A stretch of DNA of 33,219 bases from a virus (taxonomy: Duplodnaviria > Heunggongvirae > Uroviricota > Caudoviricetes). How positions within the stretch are numbered: position 1 is the first letter of the stretch; every line of letters starts with the position of its first letter. Below are positions 22,877 through 30,152 of the stretch, piece after piece. The notes under the pieces are model-generated. The model saw only the letters and a list, made by a program, of their open reading frames with translations. It ran no database searches and was not told the origin of the DNA. The translations under genes and the position numbers were made by a program. The stretch spans positions 1-33,219 of the IMG/VR virus record IMGVR_UViG_3300046533_000211; one strand, written 5' to 3'.

Positions 22877-23433
22877 GAGACAAGCAGGTTGTAGATGCGG
22901 CGCTCGGTGGCTGTGGCAGAGCCGCACTCCGTGGCCTGGAAGCTGACAGCGATGGCCTCACCGGGGTTGATGACCCCATTTTCGAAGGCATAGCCGTGCA
23001 GGTCAGTGCCGACCTGGCCAGCAGCGACGGCTCGGGTCAGCACCTGGCGGGCATACGCCCCGTTGCGCTGGTCGATGACATGGGCCACCTCATGGATCGC
23101 CACGGCCTGGATGCCGCCACAGCCACCCGGCTGATAGCCAGCTGCAATATCGTCCTCGACGCTGGCGTTGAACTGATCCGGGGACAGGTTCGCATAGGGC
23201 AGGTTGAGTGTGATCACCCCGTACTGAGTCCCGGCGACAATGCTGTCATCGCCCAGGTTGGCGACACTGACCTGGATCGGGCTGAGGCCCCATCTGTCGG
23301 CCTCAGCGTTCACCGCCGCAACGAACTGCGCCACGGTGTCCTGGTCGGCTGCCGCCTGGGCTGTGGGTGTCAGCACCTGCCCAGACAGGCCAACCGCGAG
23401 GGCCGTGAGGCCCCCCACAATCAGCTTCCTCAA
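22873..23433 (-). CDS. Secreted zinc metallopeptidase (zincin; 186 aa)
   Basis: TTG start after GAAAGGA; signal peptide ending AQA; HEVAH plus downstream GEAIA Glu. Confidence 0.8.
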   Translation of the reverse strand: MRKLIVGGLTALAVGLSGQVLTPTAQAAADQDTVAQFVAAVNAEADRWGLSPIQVSVANLGDDSIVAGTQYGVITLNLPYANLSPDQFNASVEDDIAAGYQPGGCGGIQAVAIHEVAHVIDQRNGAYARQVLTRAVAAGQVGTDLHGYAFENGVINPGEAIAVSFQATECGSATATERRIYNLLVS

Positions 23434-23456
23434 TGTGATTCCTTTCGCTGGACTCT

Positions 23457-23505
23457 GGCCGGTTGCCATGAGTAGCCCTTCGCGCCAGGACCCGAAGGCC
23501 CTGGC
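23457..23505 (-). promoter_or_regulatory. Hairpin motif copy 12 (GGCAACCGGCC) preceded by a cUUCGg hairpin
   Basis: Core 23457-23467; GCCAGGGCC-TTCG-GGTCCTGGC at 23484-23505 on the minus strand. Confidence 0.7.
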
Positions 23506-23525
23506 ACTCAGGCAGCTCACGTGTG

Positions 23526-23861
23526 TCAGACTGCGTTGCCGTTGGAATCAAAGCCCAGGTAAACCTGGGTCGCGCAGTTCACCAGCACGTTGGCATCAAT
23601 CACACCGACTGACGCATCCGTGTTGTTGTAGACCCAGTTGCGCTCCTGGAGCGCATTGCGGAACCCCGAGGAGATGTGGCCTGCGATCTGACGGCCATGC
23701 TCGCCAAGGGCCTCATCACCATCGGATGAGTAGAGGCTGCTCGACGCATGGACACAGTGGGCGTACTGCATTTCCAGCGTGCCTGCATTAGCCTGGCCAG
23801 CGCCCAGCAGGGCGGCAGCAGTTGCAGCAGCAGCGCAGCCGCCGATAACGATCTTCTTCAT
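23526..23861 (-). CDS. Secreted DUF732-like protein (111 aa)
   Basis: Signal peptide ending ANA; two Cys; GAAAGGA SD. Confidence 0.7.
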   Translation of the reverse strand: MKKIVIGGCAAAATAAALLGAGQANAGTLEMQYAHCVHASSSLYSSDGDEALGEHGRQIAGHISSGFRNALQERNWVYNNTDASVGVIDANVLVNCATQVYLGFDSNGNAV

Positions 23862-23887
23862 GGTGGTGCTTCCTTTCGTATGGACCT

Positions 23888-23898
23888 GGCCTAGTGCC
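23888..23898 (-). promoter_or_regulatory. Hairpin motif copy 13 (GGCACTAGGCC)
   Basis: Flanks GATCT/AGGTC give an 8-bp stem. Confidence 0.75.
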
Positions 23899-23907
23899 AG
23901 ATCTCGC

Positions 23908-23951
23908 CGCCTGTCCGGGGGTCGAACCCGGAATGTTCTCCATGTCAGGCG
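23908..23951 (-). ncRNA. tRNA-like mini-element (T-arm plus acceptor-like stem), not a full tRNA
   Basis: CCGGG-TTCGACC-CCCGG T-arm; CGCCTG...CAGGCG 6-bp stem; no D or anticodon arm, no CCA. Confidence 0.35.
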
Positions 23952-24005
23952 TCCCTGTGTGTCAGGGTGTCCTCCTCTCAATTCAGTTGTGCTGGATGGC
24001 AATCA

Positions 24006-24016
24006 GGCCCGGTGCC
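24006..24016 (-). promoter_or_regulatory. Hairpin motif copy 14 (GGCACCGGGCC), weak flanks
   Basis: Core match in a non-coding gap; may be chance. Confidence 0.4.
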
Positions 24017-24099
24017 GGTCACACGGGGGCGGGCTTTCGGTTCCCTCCGTGATGGCTGCAGACTCACATGGCGGCTCCTGTCTGGCTGGGGTGGTGGGG

Positions 24100-24249
24100 T
24101 CAGATCCTGGGCAGCGCAATGCCATTGGGGTAAGCGACCTGGGTCAGCTCATGGATGCGGTCCTGGACCTCAGCCGGAACTACGTCCCAAGGCTTGTACT
24201 GAGCAAGGGTCTGCTCGATCTCGCGCTTCGCGGCAGCCTTGGTGATCAT
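24100..24249 (-). CDS. Hypothetical protein (49 aa)
   Basis: GAAGGAG SD; first gene after cassette 15. Confidence 0.65.
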   Translation of the reverse strand: MITKAAAKREIEQTLAQYKPWDVVPAEVQDRIHELTQVAYPNGIALPRI

Positions 24250-24271
24250 GGTGTCTCCTTCGGTTTGGCCT

Positions 24272-24319
24272 GGCCTCTTGCCTGGCTCCTGACTAATATA
24301 GCATAGCGGGGTAGCAATT
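24272..24319 (-). promoter_or_regulatory. Cassette 15
   Basis: AATTGCTA 24312-24319, N11, TATATT 24295-24300, core GGCAAGAGGCC 24272-24282. Confidence 0.85.
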
Positions 24320-24335
24320 ATTCCTGTGATCCGGG

Positions 24336-24506
24336 TCACAGCTCCCGGTATCGTGGCGGGTCGTAGTCATAGCTGGTGATCAGCACGTTGCCAGCCTCGG
24401 TGAGGTAGGCCCGTGCGAAGGTCGGGTCGAATGAGCTGTCATCGACCATCACAGCCGCATCCTGGTCACAGGTCTGCAGCACAGCGATCAGCTCCTTGAC
24501 GGTCAT
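24336..24506 (-). CDS. Hypothetical protein (56 aa, MTVKELIAVL...)
   Basis: Typical phage MTV.ELI..L N-terminus; AAGGAGG SD. Confidence 0.65.
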   Translation of the reverse strand: MTVKELIAVLQTCDQDAAVMVDDSSFDPTFARAYLTEAGNVLITSYDYDPPRYREL

Positions 24507-24727
24507 CGGTTCACCTCCTTCCCCAGGTTGGGCGTCCAGACATAGCCGTCGTTGTCGTGGACAACGGAGGCGAACAGGTTGCCGGTGGACTGGAAGCTGA
24601 CCCACTGGCGGGCCTGCTCACGTGGCTGGAAGCCATTGGTCCTCAGCCATGCCTCAGCCACCTCCACGGACCCGAAGGGCCGTCCAGCGGCTGGGCCTTG
24701 GGTGTCATAGACCTTGACGCTGCTCAT
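24503..24727 (-). CDS. Hypothetical protein (74 aa)
   Basis: TGATG and ATGA coupling. Confidence 0.6.
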   Translation of the reverse strand: MSSVKVYDTQGPAAGRPFGSVEVAEAWLRTNGFQPREQARQWVSFQSTGNLFASVVHDNDGYVWTPNLGKEVNR

Positions 24728-25107
24728 CACCAGCACTCGCCCTCGGCATGGACACAGAAGCACTTGGGGCACATGGCCGCACGCACTGCGGCACGCTCCT
24801 GGGCTGCCTCGCGGGCATCCTTCTTGGCCTTGATGCGGGCATTGACCCTGGTAGCGATCACATTGTGCTTAGCGATCAGCTTGGCCTCAGCCTGCTTGTC
24901 GGCATCAGTCATGGAGAGGAAGCCCAGGCCCAGGATCAGCCTGCAGACCTCGTCCTGCTGGCCTGGAAGAAGGGGGGCCAGCTCCTGCATGTCCTCAGCA
25001 ATGCGCTGCTCGACCACGCCCAGCGGGCGGGCCTTGACAGCTGCATAGAGGGCCTTGAGGTCAGCGGCAACCTGGTTAAGCTCTGCGCGCTCCTGGGGCG
25101 TGGTCAT
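24727..25107 (-). CDS. Helical protein with C-terminal CxxCFxxH..GxC motif (126 aa)
   Basis: AGGAG SD; ends CPKCFCVHAEGECW. Confidence 0.7.
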   Translation of the reverse strand: MTTPQERAELNQVAADLKALYAAVKARPLGVVEQRIAEDMQELAPLLPGQQDEVCRLILGLGFLSMTDADKQAEAKLIAKHNVIATRVNARIKAKKDAREAAQERAAVRAAMCPKCFCVHAEGECW

Positions 25108-25126
25108 CTTGACTCCTGTTCTGATC

Positions 25127-25180
25127 GGCCTGGTGCCGGTCTGGTGAGACAGTACCACAGTGCCTAGTCAGGTAACAATT
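25127..25180 (-). promoter_or_regulatory. Cassette 16 (AATTGTTA-N18-TACTGT; GGCACCAGGCC)
   Basis: Exact hairpin core 25127-25137; spacer longer than in the other copies. Confidence 0.7.
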
Positions 25181-25208
25181 AAACTTGCGCCTGGCGGTAT
25201 CCTGGGCT

Positions 25209-25484
25209 GTGTCTGCCCAGGTGAGCTATAGCACCGTGCACGCGCGGCTCTCGAAGCTGCGCGGGCCAGCTCGGGCGTACCGCTGTGCCTGCGGTCGGCG
25301 GGCGCGACACTGGAGCTACGCGCGGGACTGCCCCGATGAGTACTTCAGCCCCTCTGGGCCGTACTGCCAGCACCCCGGCCATTACGCTCCCCAGTGCGGA
25401 CGCTGCCACAAACGCCACGATCTGGAGGGCCGGATGCGGGATCGGAAGCTGCGGCGCAAGCCTGGCCAGTTGTTGCTGTTCTAG
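25209..25484 (+). CDS. HNH-like (His-Me finger) endonuclease-family protein (about 91 aa)
   Basis: YSTVHARL...RGPA..YRCACGRRARHWSY...YAPQCGRCHKRHD; start uncertain (GTG 25209 just after TATCCT, or 25221). Confidence 0.7.
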   Translation: MSAQVSYSTVHARLSKLRGPARAYRCACGRRARHWSYARDCPDEYFSPSGPYCQHPGHYAPQCGRCHKRHDLEGRMRDRKLRRKPGQLLLF

Positions 25485-25981
25485 CAGAGCGTCCCAGCGC
25501 TGGCCGGGTGCCCAGGTGGCGGGTTCACCTCCACAGGCACCGTCCCCGAGGATGGCGTCAGAGCGATCTGGCAGGCCAGCACGGCACTCCTGGGCCGACC
25601 CATTCCACCAGCCCACACGTCGATGTGGTTCCCACCGCAGGCAGCGCAGGAGTCCTCCACGATCAGGTACTTCGCCAGGTACGGCAGGTAGAGCCGGGTG
25701 CCGGGGGGCCACCGCCCACCGGCCACCGTCGTCGGGTTGTCGTAGGTGCCCACTCCCCCAGCCTCGGAGTGGCGCGGGGCTGGGCCGGGGTAGCGGATGC
25801 GGGCGCTGTACGGCGGGTCGTTGTCGGGGTAGCCGTAGAAGGTCAGCGTGACACTGGCCGTGCTGTCTGCCGATGCCCTACAGGCCAGCTTCTCGCCGAG
25901 TCCCGTGAAGATCAGGACGATGATGATCATCCCCACCACGAACCAGGCCGTCAGGTTGATCTTCTGCCACACGGTCATCAC
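25481..25981 (-). CDS. Membrane-anchored 3D / RlpA-like double-psi beta-barrel protein (166 aa)
   Basis: N-terminal TM; LTFYGYPDNDPP...GGVGTYDNPTTVA...YLIVEDSC...HIDVW. Confidence 0.7.
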   Translation of the reverse strand: MMTVWQKINLTAWFVVGMIIIVLIFTGLGEKLACRASADSTASVTLTFYGYPDNDPPYSARIRYPGPAPRHSEAGGVGTYDNPTTVAGGRWPPGTRLYLPYLAKYLIVEDSCAACGGNHIDVWAGGMGRPRSAVLACQIALTPSSGTVPVEVNPPPGHPASAGTLC

Positions 25982-28392
25982 CGGCCTGCGATGGCCACGG
26001 TGTTCAGCCGTTCCAGCTTGTCCCAGGAGAACTCGGCACCCTTGAGCACCCGGTACAGGCAGGCGTAGAGCAGGTACACGCGCATCAGCTCATAGATCGG
26101 TCGATAGAGCGGGACCACCAGCAGATGCACCAGACTCTCCTTCGCAATCGCCACGGCGGTGATGGCGATGATCGTGTGCATGACGAGCACCACCAGCGCG
26201 AACGCGACGATTGGATGCCAATCCCCCTGCGCCGCCGTGATGCCTGCCACCACCAGCAGGATGGGAAGAAATAGCAGGTTCATCAGGAGCTGAGCCACCG
26301 AGTACGGCATGGTGACCATGCCGAGCACACCGTAGCTGGGCCGGAACAGCATCGCCTTGTTCTTCCACATCACCTGGAAGTTGCCGAACATCCAGCGCTT
26401 GCGCTGCTTGAGTAGCGGGACCACGGTCTCGGGTGCCTCGGTGTCGCAGATCGCGTGGTTCTCATGCAGCACCGCATAGCCCAGCCGCTGGAACGTCATG
26501 GCCGCGTCGGCATCCTCGGCCAGGGTGTCCTCACTGAACCCACCGATTCGCTCCAGGGCGACCCGTCTCCAGGCCGAGCAGGCACCCGGCACGATGCCCA
26601 CCGCACCGACCATCATCTCGGCCATGCGGATGATGCAGATGCCGTTGAGGTACTCCAGCGACTGCCAGGCGGTGAGGATGTTGTTGCGGTTGCCCACCTT
26701 GACGTGACCGGCCACCGCGCCCACGATCTTGCCCCCGTGCACACCCGTGATGAAGTGGCGGGCCAGCTTGCGGATGGTGTCCTTGCGGAACAGGGTGTCG
26801 GCGTCCATGGTCATGATCACGCTGCTGCGTGGGTCCGCATGCCTGACGGCATTGTTCAGGGCCGTCGACTTCCCGGCGTTGCGCTGGTCCACCACCTTCA
26901 GCTGGGGCCAGTCGTAGGCCTGCAGAAGTGACAGCGTGTCATCCTTCGAGCCATCGTTGACCGCAATGACCTCGAAGCGGTTCGCTGGGTAGTCACTCTC
27001 GCGCAGCATGTCCAGCGTGCGCGTGATGACCTTCTCCTCGTTATAGGCAGCCAGGCACACACTGACGAAGGGCAGCTCATCCTCCGGGGTATCCGGCCAG
27101 GCCTTCCTGCGCTGCCGCCACTCGTTGATCACCGACAGGATCAGGTAGAGGCCGGTCAGGATGAGCATCGACCCCACACCGAACCAGAACACCGCCGTGA
27201 GCGCCTTCCGTGGGAGCACGTGAACGGTCTGAATGAAGAACAGCGTGGCCCGGTCGGAGAACGATGGCGTGACGTGCCGGGGCAGGTCTCGCTGAGGCAG
27301 GATGTAGCCCGCCGTGGCGAACTTGTAGCCCTGCGCCTTGGCCTCATGGATCAGCTTCTCCAGCATCGCCACCGTCCCGGCGCGGCTCCTCCCACCGGCA
27401 TCGTGCATGATCACGACGTGCCCGTTGCCATCGAGCTGTGGGACAGGCACCTCCCGGCCCTGAGCATCGAACTCCCAGTCATGGCTGTCGGTGTCGAAGA
27501 GGACCTGGAGGTAGCCGAGCTGCTGCGACTCCAGCTGGGCCAGGCTGTTGACCTCCGGTTGCCCGGTGGGGATGCGGAAGATCGGCGAGGCATAGCCAGC
27601 CACGGCCCGCAGCACACGGTCGGTCAGGTTGATCTCCTGCTGGTTCTGGAAGTCAGAGTGGGCGTCGAACGTCTCGGGGTGCGTCATGGTGTGGTTGCCC
27701 ACCATGTGGCCCTCTCGGATCATCCGCTGGACCAGCTCGGGGTGGTTGGCCACGTTCTGCCCCACCACGAAGAACGTCGCAGGGACATGCTCGCGGGCCA
27801 GCACATCGAGGACCTCCCTGGTCCACACCGGGTCCGGGCCGTCATCGAAGGTCAGGATTAGGGTGCGACCAGGGACCGAGCCGTAGCGGTCCACCGCAAA
27901 GGCATTGCTTCCGATGGTCTGGACCTCGTAGTCGTTGGCGTTCCTGATGAACTCACCAGTGACCGCATCGACCAGCCTGACCGGGGGCGGGGGTGGTGGG
28001 GCGGGCGGCTCAGGCATCACCATGTCAGGCACGCCGTCACCATCGAGGTCATCAGGAATGCCGTCACCGTCGTAGTCGGGTGCCGGGATCGGCTGCAGCA
28101 GAGCAGGATCAGGCCCAGGTGGCGCGCCGCTGCCGGTGTGCTCACGCTCCACCCGTACCAGCCGAGTGAAGATGCCATGATCCTGATCGCCGACCAGTGG
28201 GAGATTGTCATGCTCACCCAGCGTGCGGCGTGCCCAGCCCTCATCGGAGTGGGCACCCCGCACCGGGGAGAACACAGAGGGCAGCAGGATGGCCCCGGCC
28301 CCTCCGATCAGCAGCAGCAGCAGGAACACACTGAGCGCCACCCGAGGTAGCCGCTTCCCGCTCTTGTCGTAGAAGATGGGCGGGCCGCTCAT
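25978..28392 (-). CDS. Bifunctional polysaccharide deacetylase (NodB/CE4) and GT2 glycosyltransferase (IcaA/PgaC-like), 804 aa
   Basis: CE4 motifs TFDDGP, HTMTH, FRIP, DSHDW, IMHDAGG; GT2 motifs AYNEE, NDGSKD, GKSTALN, MDAD, EDAD, QRKRW; C-terminal TMs. Confidence 0.93.
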   Translation of the reverse strand: MSGPPIFYDKSGKRLPRVALSVFLLLLLIGGAGAILLPSVFSPVRGAHSDEGWARRTLGEHDNLPLVGDQDHGIFTRLVRVEREHTGSGAPPGPDPALLQPIPAPDYDGDGIPDDLDGDGVPDMVMPEPPAPPPPPPVRLVDAVTGEFIRNANDYEVQTIGSNAFAVDRYGSVPGRTLILTFDDGPDPVWTREVLDVLAREHVPATFFVVGQNVANHPELVQRMIREGHMVGNHTMTHPETFDAHSDFQNQQEINLTDRVLRAVAGYASPIFRIPTGQPEVNSLAQLESQQLGYLQVLFDTDSHDWEFDAQGREVPVPQLDGNGHVVIMHDAGGRSRAGTVAMLEKLIHEAKAQGYKFATAGYILPQRDLPRHVTPSFSDRATLFFIQTVHVLPRKALTAVFWFGVGSMLILTGLYLILSVINEWRQRRKAWPDTPEDELPFVSVCLAAYNEEKVITRTLDMLRESDYPANRFEVIAVNDGSKDDTLSLLQAYDWPQLKVVDQRNAGKSTALNNAVRHADPRSSVIMTMDADTLFRKDTIRKLARHFITGVHGGKIVGAVAGHVKVGNRNNILTAWQSLEYLNGICIIRMAEMMVGAVGIVPGACSAWRRVALERIGGFSEDTLAEDADAAMTFQRLGYAVLHENHAICDTEAPETVVPLLKQRKRWMFGNFQVMWKNKAMLFRPSYGVLGMVTMPYSVAQLLMNLLFLPILLVVAGITAAQGDWHPIVAFALVVLVMHTIIAITAVAIAKESLVHLLVVPLYRPIYELMRVYLLYACLYRVLKGAEFSWDKLERLNTVAIAGR

Positions 28393-28676
28393 TAGTCGGC
28401 ACCATTCCAGCTCGCGGTGTCCTCATCGAACGCACCGACCGTCCAGACGGGTGGGGTGCCATCGGTGGCGAAGACATTCCACCAGCCATGCCCATTGGAC
28501 ATGATCAGGTGGGCCTCGTAGCCCTCCTCGATAGCTATCGTATTGCCGGTGATCACTGCCGCGAACCCGGCCTGTTCCAGTGCGCGCTGTGCTGCCCCGA
28601 TCTGGGGTATGGCGGCAATGGTCTTGGCCACCAGCTCAGCGGTGACGACGGACGATAGCATGTTTGCTTCAGACAT
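28392..28676 (-). CDS. Hypothetical protein (94 aa)
   Basis: AAGGAAG SD; TAATG coupling to the GT2 gene. Confidence 0.65.
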   Translation of the reverse strand: MSEANMLSSVVTAELVAKTIAAIPQIGAAQRALEQAGFAAVITGNTIAIEEGYEAHLIMSNGHGWWNVFATDGTPPVWTVGAFDEDTASWNGAD

Positions 28677-28704
28677 GTGTGTGTGCTTCCTTAGCTAATT
28701 GGGC

Positions 28705-28733
28705 GGCCCTTTGCCGACCAAGTCATAGCATAG
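28705..28733 (-). promoter_or_regulatory. Cassette 17 (TATGCT -10; GGCAAAGGGCC hairpin)
   Basis: Core 28705-28715 with TTGGTC/GCCCAA flanks; upstream box not recognisable. Confidence 0.7.
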
Positions 28734-28739
28734 CTCATA

Positions 28740-29036
28740 ATGTCTAGTCGGGTTACAGTCAAACCCGTGGAGCACTGGAAGGAAACCGTCAGGTATCGGG
28801 GCTACGAGGTCAGCGACCACTACCGGGTCCGGTCCCGCAACCGCATCGTGAAGGGCAGGAGCGGCTCCAGCCGATTCATCAAGGGCAGGGTGCTCGTCCC
28901 TGTTCTGAGACACGGACATCCCTGCGTGAACCTGTGGCGTGGGAATCATGTCGTCCGGGTACGGGTGGACCATCTGGTGGCCGAGGCGTTCGGCCTGTCT
29001 GTGCAAGATCCCCTGCGACGGAAGCTGATGAGATGA
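28740..29036 (+). CDS. NUMOD4-domain protein, truncated homing-endonuclease-like (98 aa)
   Basis: EHWKETVRYRGYEVSDHYRVRSRNR...VNLWR...VDHLVAEAF; ends where an HNH domain would begin. Confidence 0.75.
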   Translation: MSSRVTVKPVEHWKETVRYRGYEVSDHYRVRSRNRIVKGRSGSSRFIKGRVLVPVLRHGHPCVNLWRGNHVVRVRVDHLVAEAFGLSVQDPLRRKLMR

Positions 29037-29236
29037 GCGGCATTCGGGCCGAGTGGCTGGTGGGCTGTGACCACTGCCAGATCGACGTGGAGCCTGGAAG
29101 GTTCTACGACAGCAAGGCAGCTGCAATGCTGGTGCTGAACCGGGCTGTGAAGTTCGAGTCGTGGTTGCTGACCAAGAGCGGCCAGCTGCTGTGCCCGGAG
29201 TGCGCGGCGCTAGGTGTAGCCACCGCTCAGGTGTAG
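29033..29236 (+). CDS. Zinc-binding protein (67 aa; CDHC...W...GQLLCPEC)
   Basis: ATGA coupling; two CxxC. Confidence 0.6.
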   Translation: MSGIRAEWLVGCDHCQIDVEPGRFYDSKAAAMLVLNRAVKFESWLLTKSGQLLCPECAALGVATAQV

Positions 29237-29407
29237 CTCGACATCCCGCGCCTTGTGGATTCGCACACCCAGCTCACCGTTGTCGCCGTCAATCTTGACC
29301 CGTGAGATCGAACCGTCCTTGTGGACCACTGACACCCACTCCGGTTCGTCACCGGGTCGGATCACTCGCGAAGTCTGGACCTCCTGATGTCTGTCTCGCC
29401 GCCACAT
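29210..29407 (-). CDS. Hypothetical protein (65 aa)
   Basis: GAGGGA SD; convergent overlap with the + strand gene. Confidence 0.45.
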   Translation of the reverse strand: MWRRDRHQEVQTSRVIRPGDEPEWVSVVHKDGSISRVKIDGDNGELGVRIHKARDVELHLSGGYT

Positions 29408-29501
29408 CGTCCCTCACCGCCTCTGGCTGGACGGCTGTTTACAGGCTCCAGCATGCGCTCAGCCAGGGGCTGGCAACGGGGGCGACACACAGGAGGAGGA
29501 G

Positions 29502-30152
29502 CTACTTTGCAGTTTCGCCCGAGTAGTCCTGCAGACGCCATCGCATAGAGCGCACCGAGTGTTCCGTACGACGAAGCAAGCGCGCAATCTCTCTGAGTGG
29601 CAGATCTTCACGCATCACCGTCGCCCGGTCCTCTGATGTCCACGGGCGAGCATGGTGGTCCCGGCGACGGTAGTATCCAATTTCCGATACATCATCGCGG
29701 CGGTCCGGGTCACACGCCTCTACTAGCTCGTCATCGACTACGGAGTGGAGTCGATCCAGATAGGACTGAGCGGCATCCAACACGGCCCTGGCGTTCTTCA
29801 ACCACGTTTGGTCACCGATCTCTCGGGCGTCGGCAACATCACCAGCGAAACAATGCTCGGCGTTGACCTCCCGTAGTTCCCGCTCCATTGAACCCAGTAG
29901 GGCCAGCGTCACTGATCGGAGGTACGCCTGATCCGGTGGCGGTGGCACTGGTAGCGAGCTGATTGTGGCAGGTGTTCGAGCCTTCGGTTCGATAGCCCTC
30001 AGGTAGTTGGACACACTCGATGGGCTGATCCCGAGCTGCGCCGCGATGTCAAGCATCTTGTGACCTTGGCGGCGCAGCTCACGGCACTGGTCCGTCAGCC
30101 TCGCCCGTTTCTCGGGGGAGAAGTGGGCGAATTTCCCCCTAGAGTCGGCCAC
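29502..30152 (-). CDS. Protein with N-terminal HTH and C-terminal Myb/SANT-like HTH (216 aa)
   Basis: GHKMLDIAAQLGISPSSVSNYL; RPWTSED...LREIARLLRRTEHSVRSMRWRL. Confidence 0.75.
   Translation of the reverse strand: MADSRGKFAHFSPEKRARLTDQCRELRRQGHKMLDIAAQLGISPSSVSNYLRAIEPKARTPATISSLPVPPPPDQAYLRSVTLALLGSMERELREVNAEHCFAGDVADAREIGDQTWLKNARAVLDAAQSYLDRLHSVVDDELVEACDPDRRDDVSEIGYYRRRDHHARPWTSEDRATVMREDLPLREIARLLRRTEHSVRSMRWRLQDYSGETAK

Noticed and set aside
23908-23990. Complete tRNA gene or YrlA-type Y RNA
   Set aside because: No pairing anticodon or D stems, no 5' acceptor strand at canonical distance, no CCA; the permuted acceptor hairpin expected of YrlA is absent and no Ro60 is in the window
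27990-28090. GC-rich low-complexity stretch
   Set aside because: Encodes the poly-Pro linker and DxDGD repeats inside the deacetylase-GT2 gene
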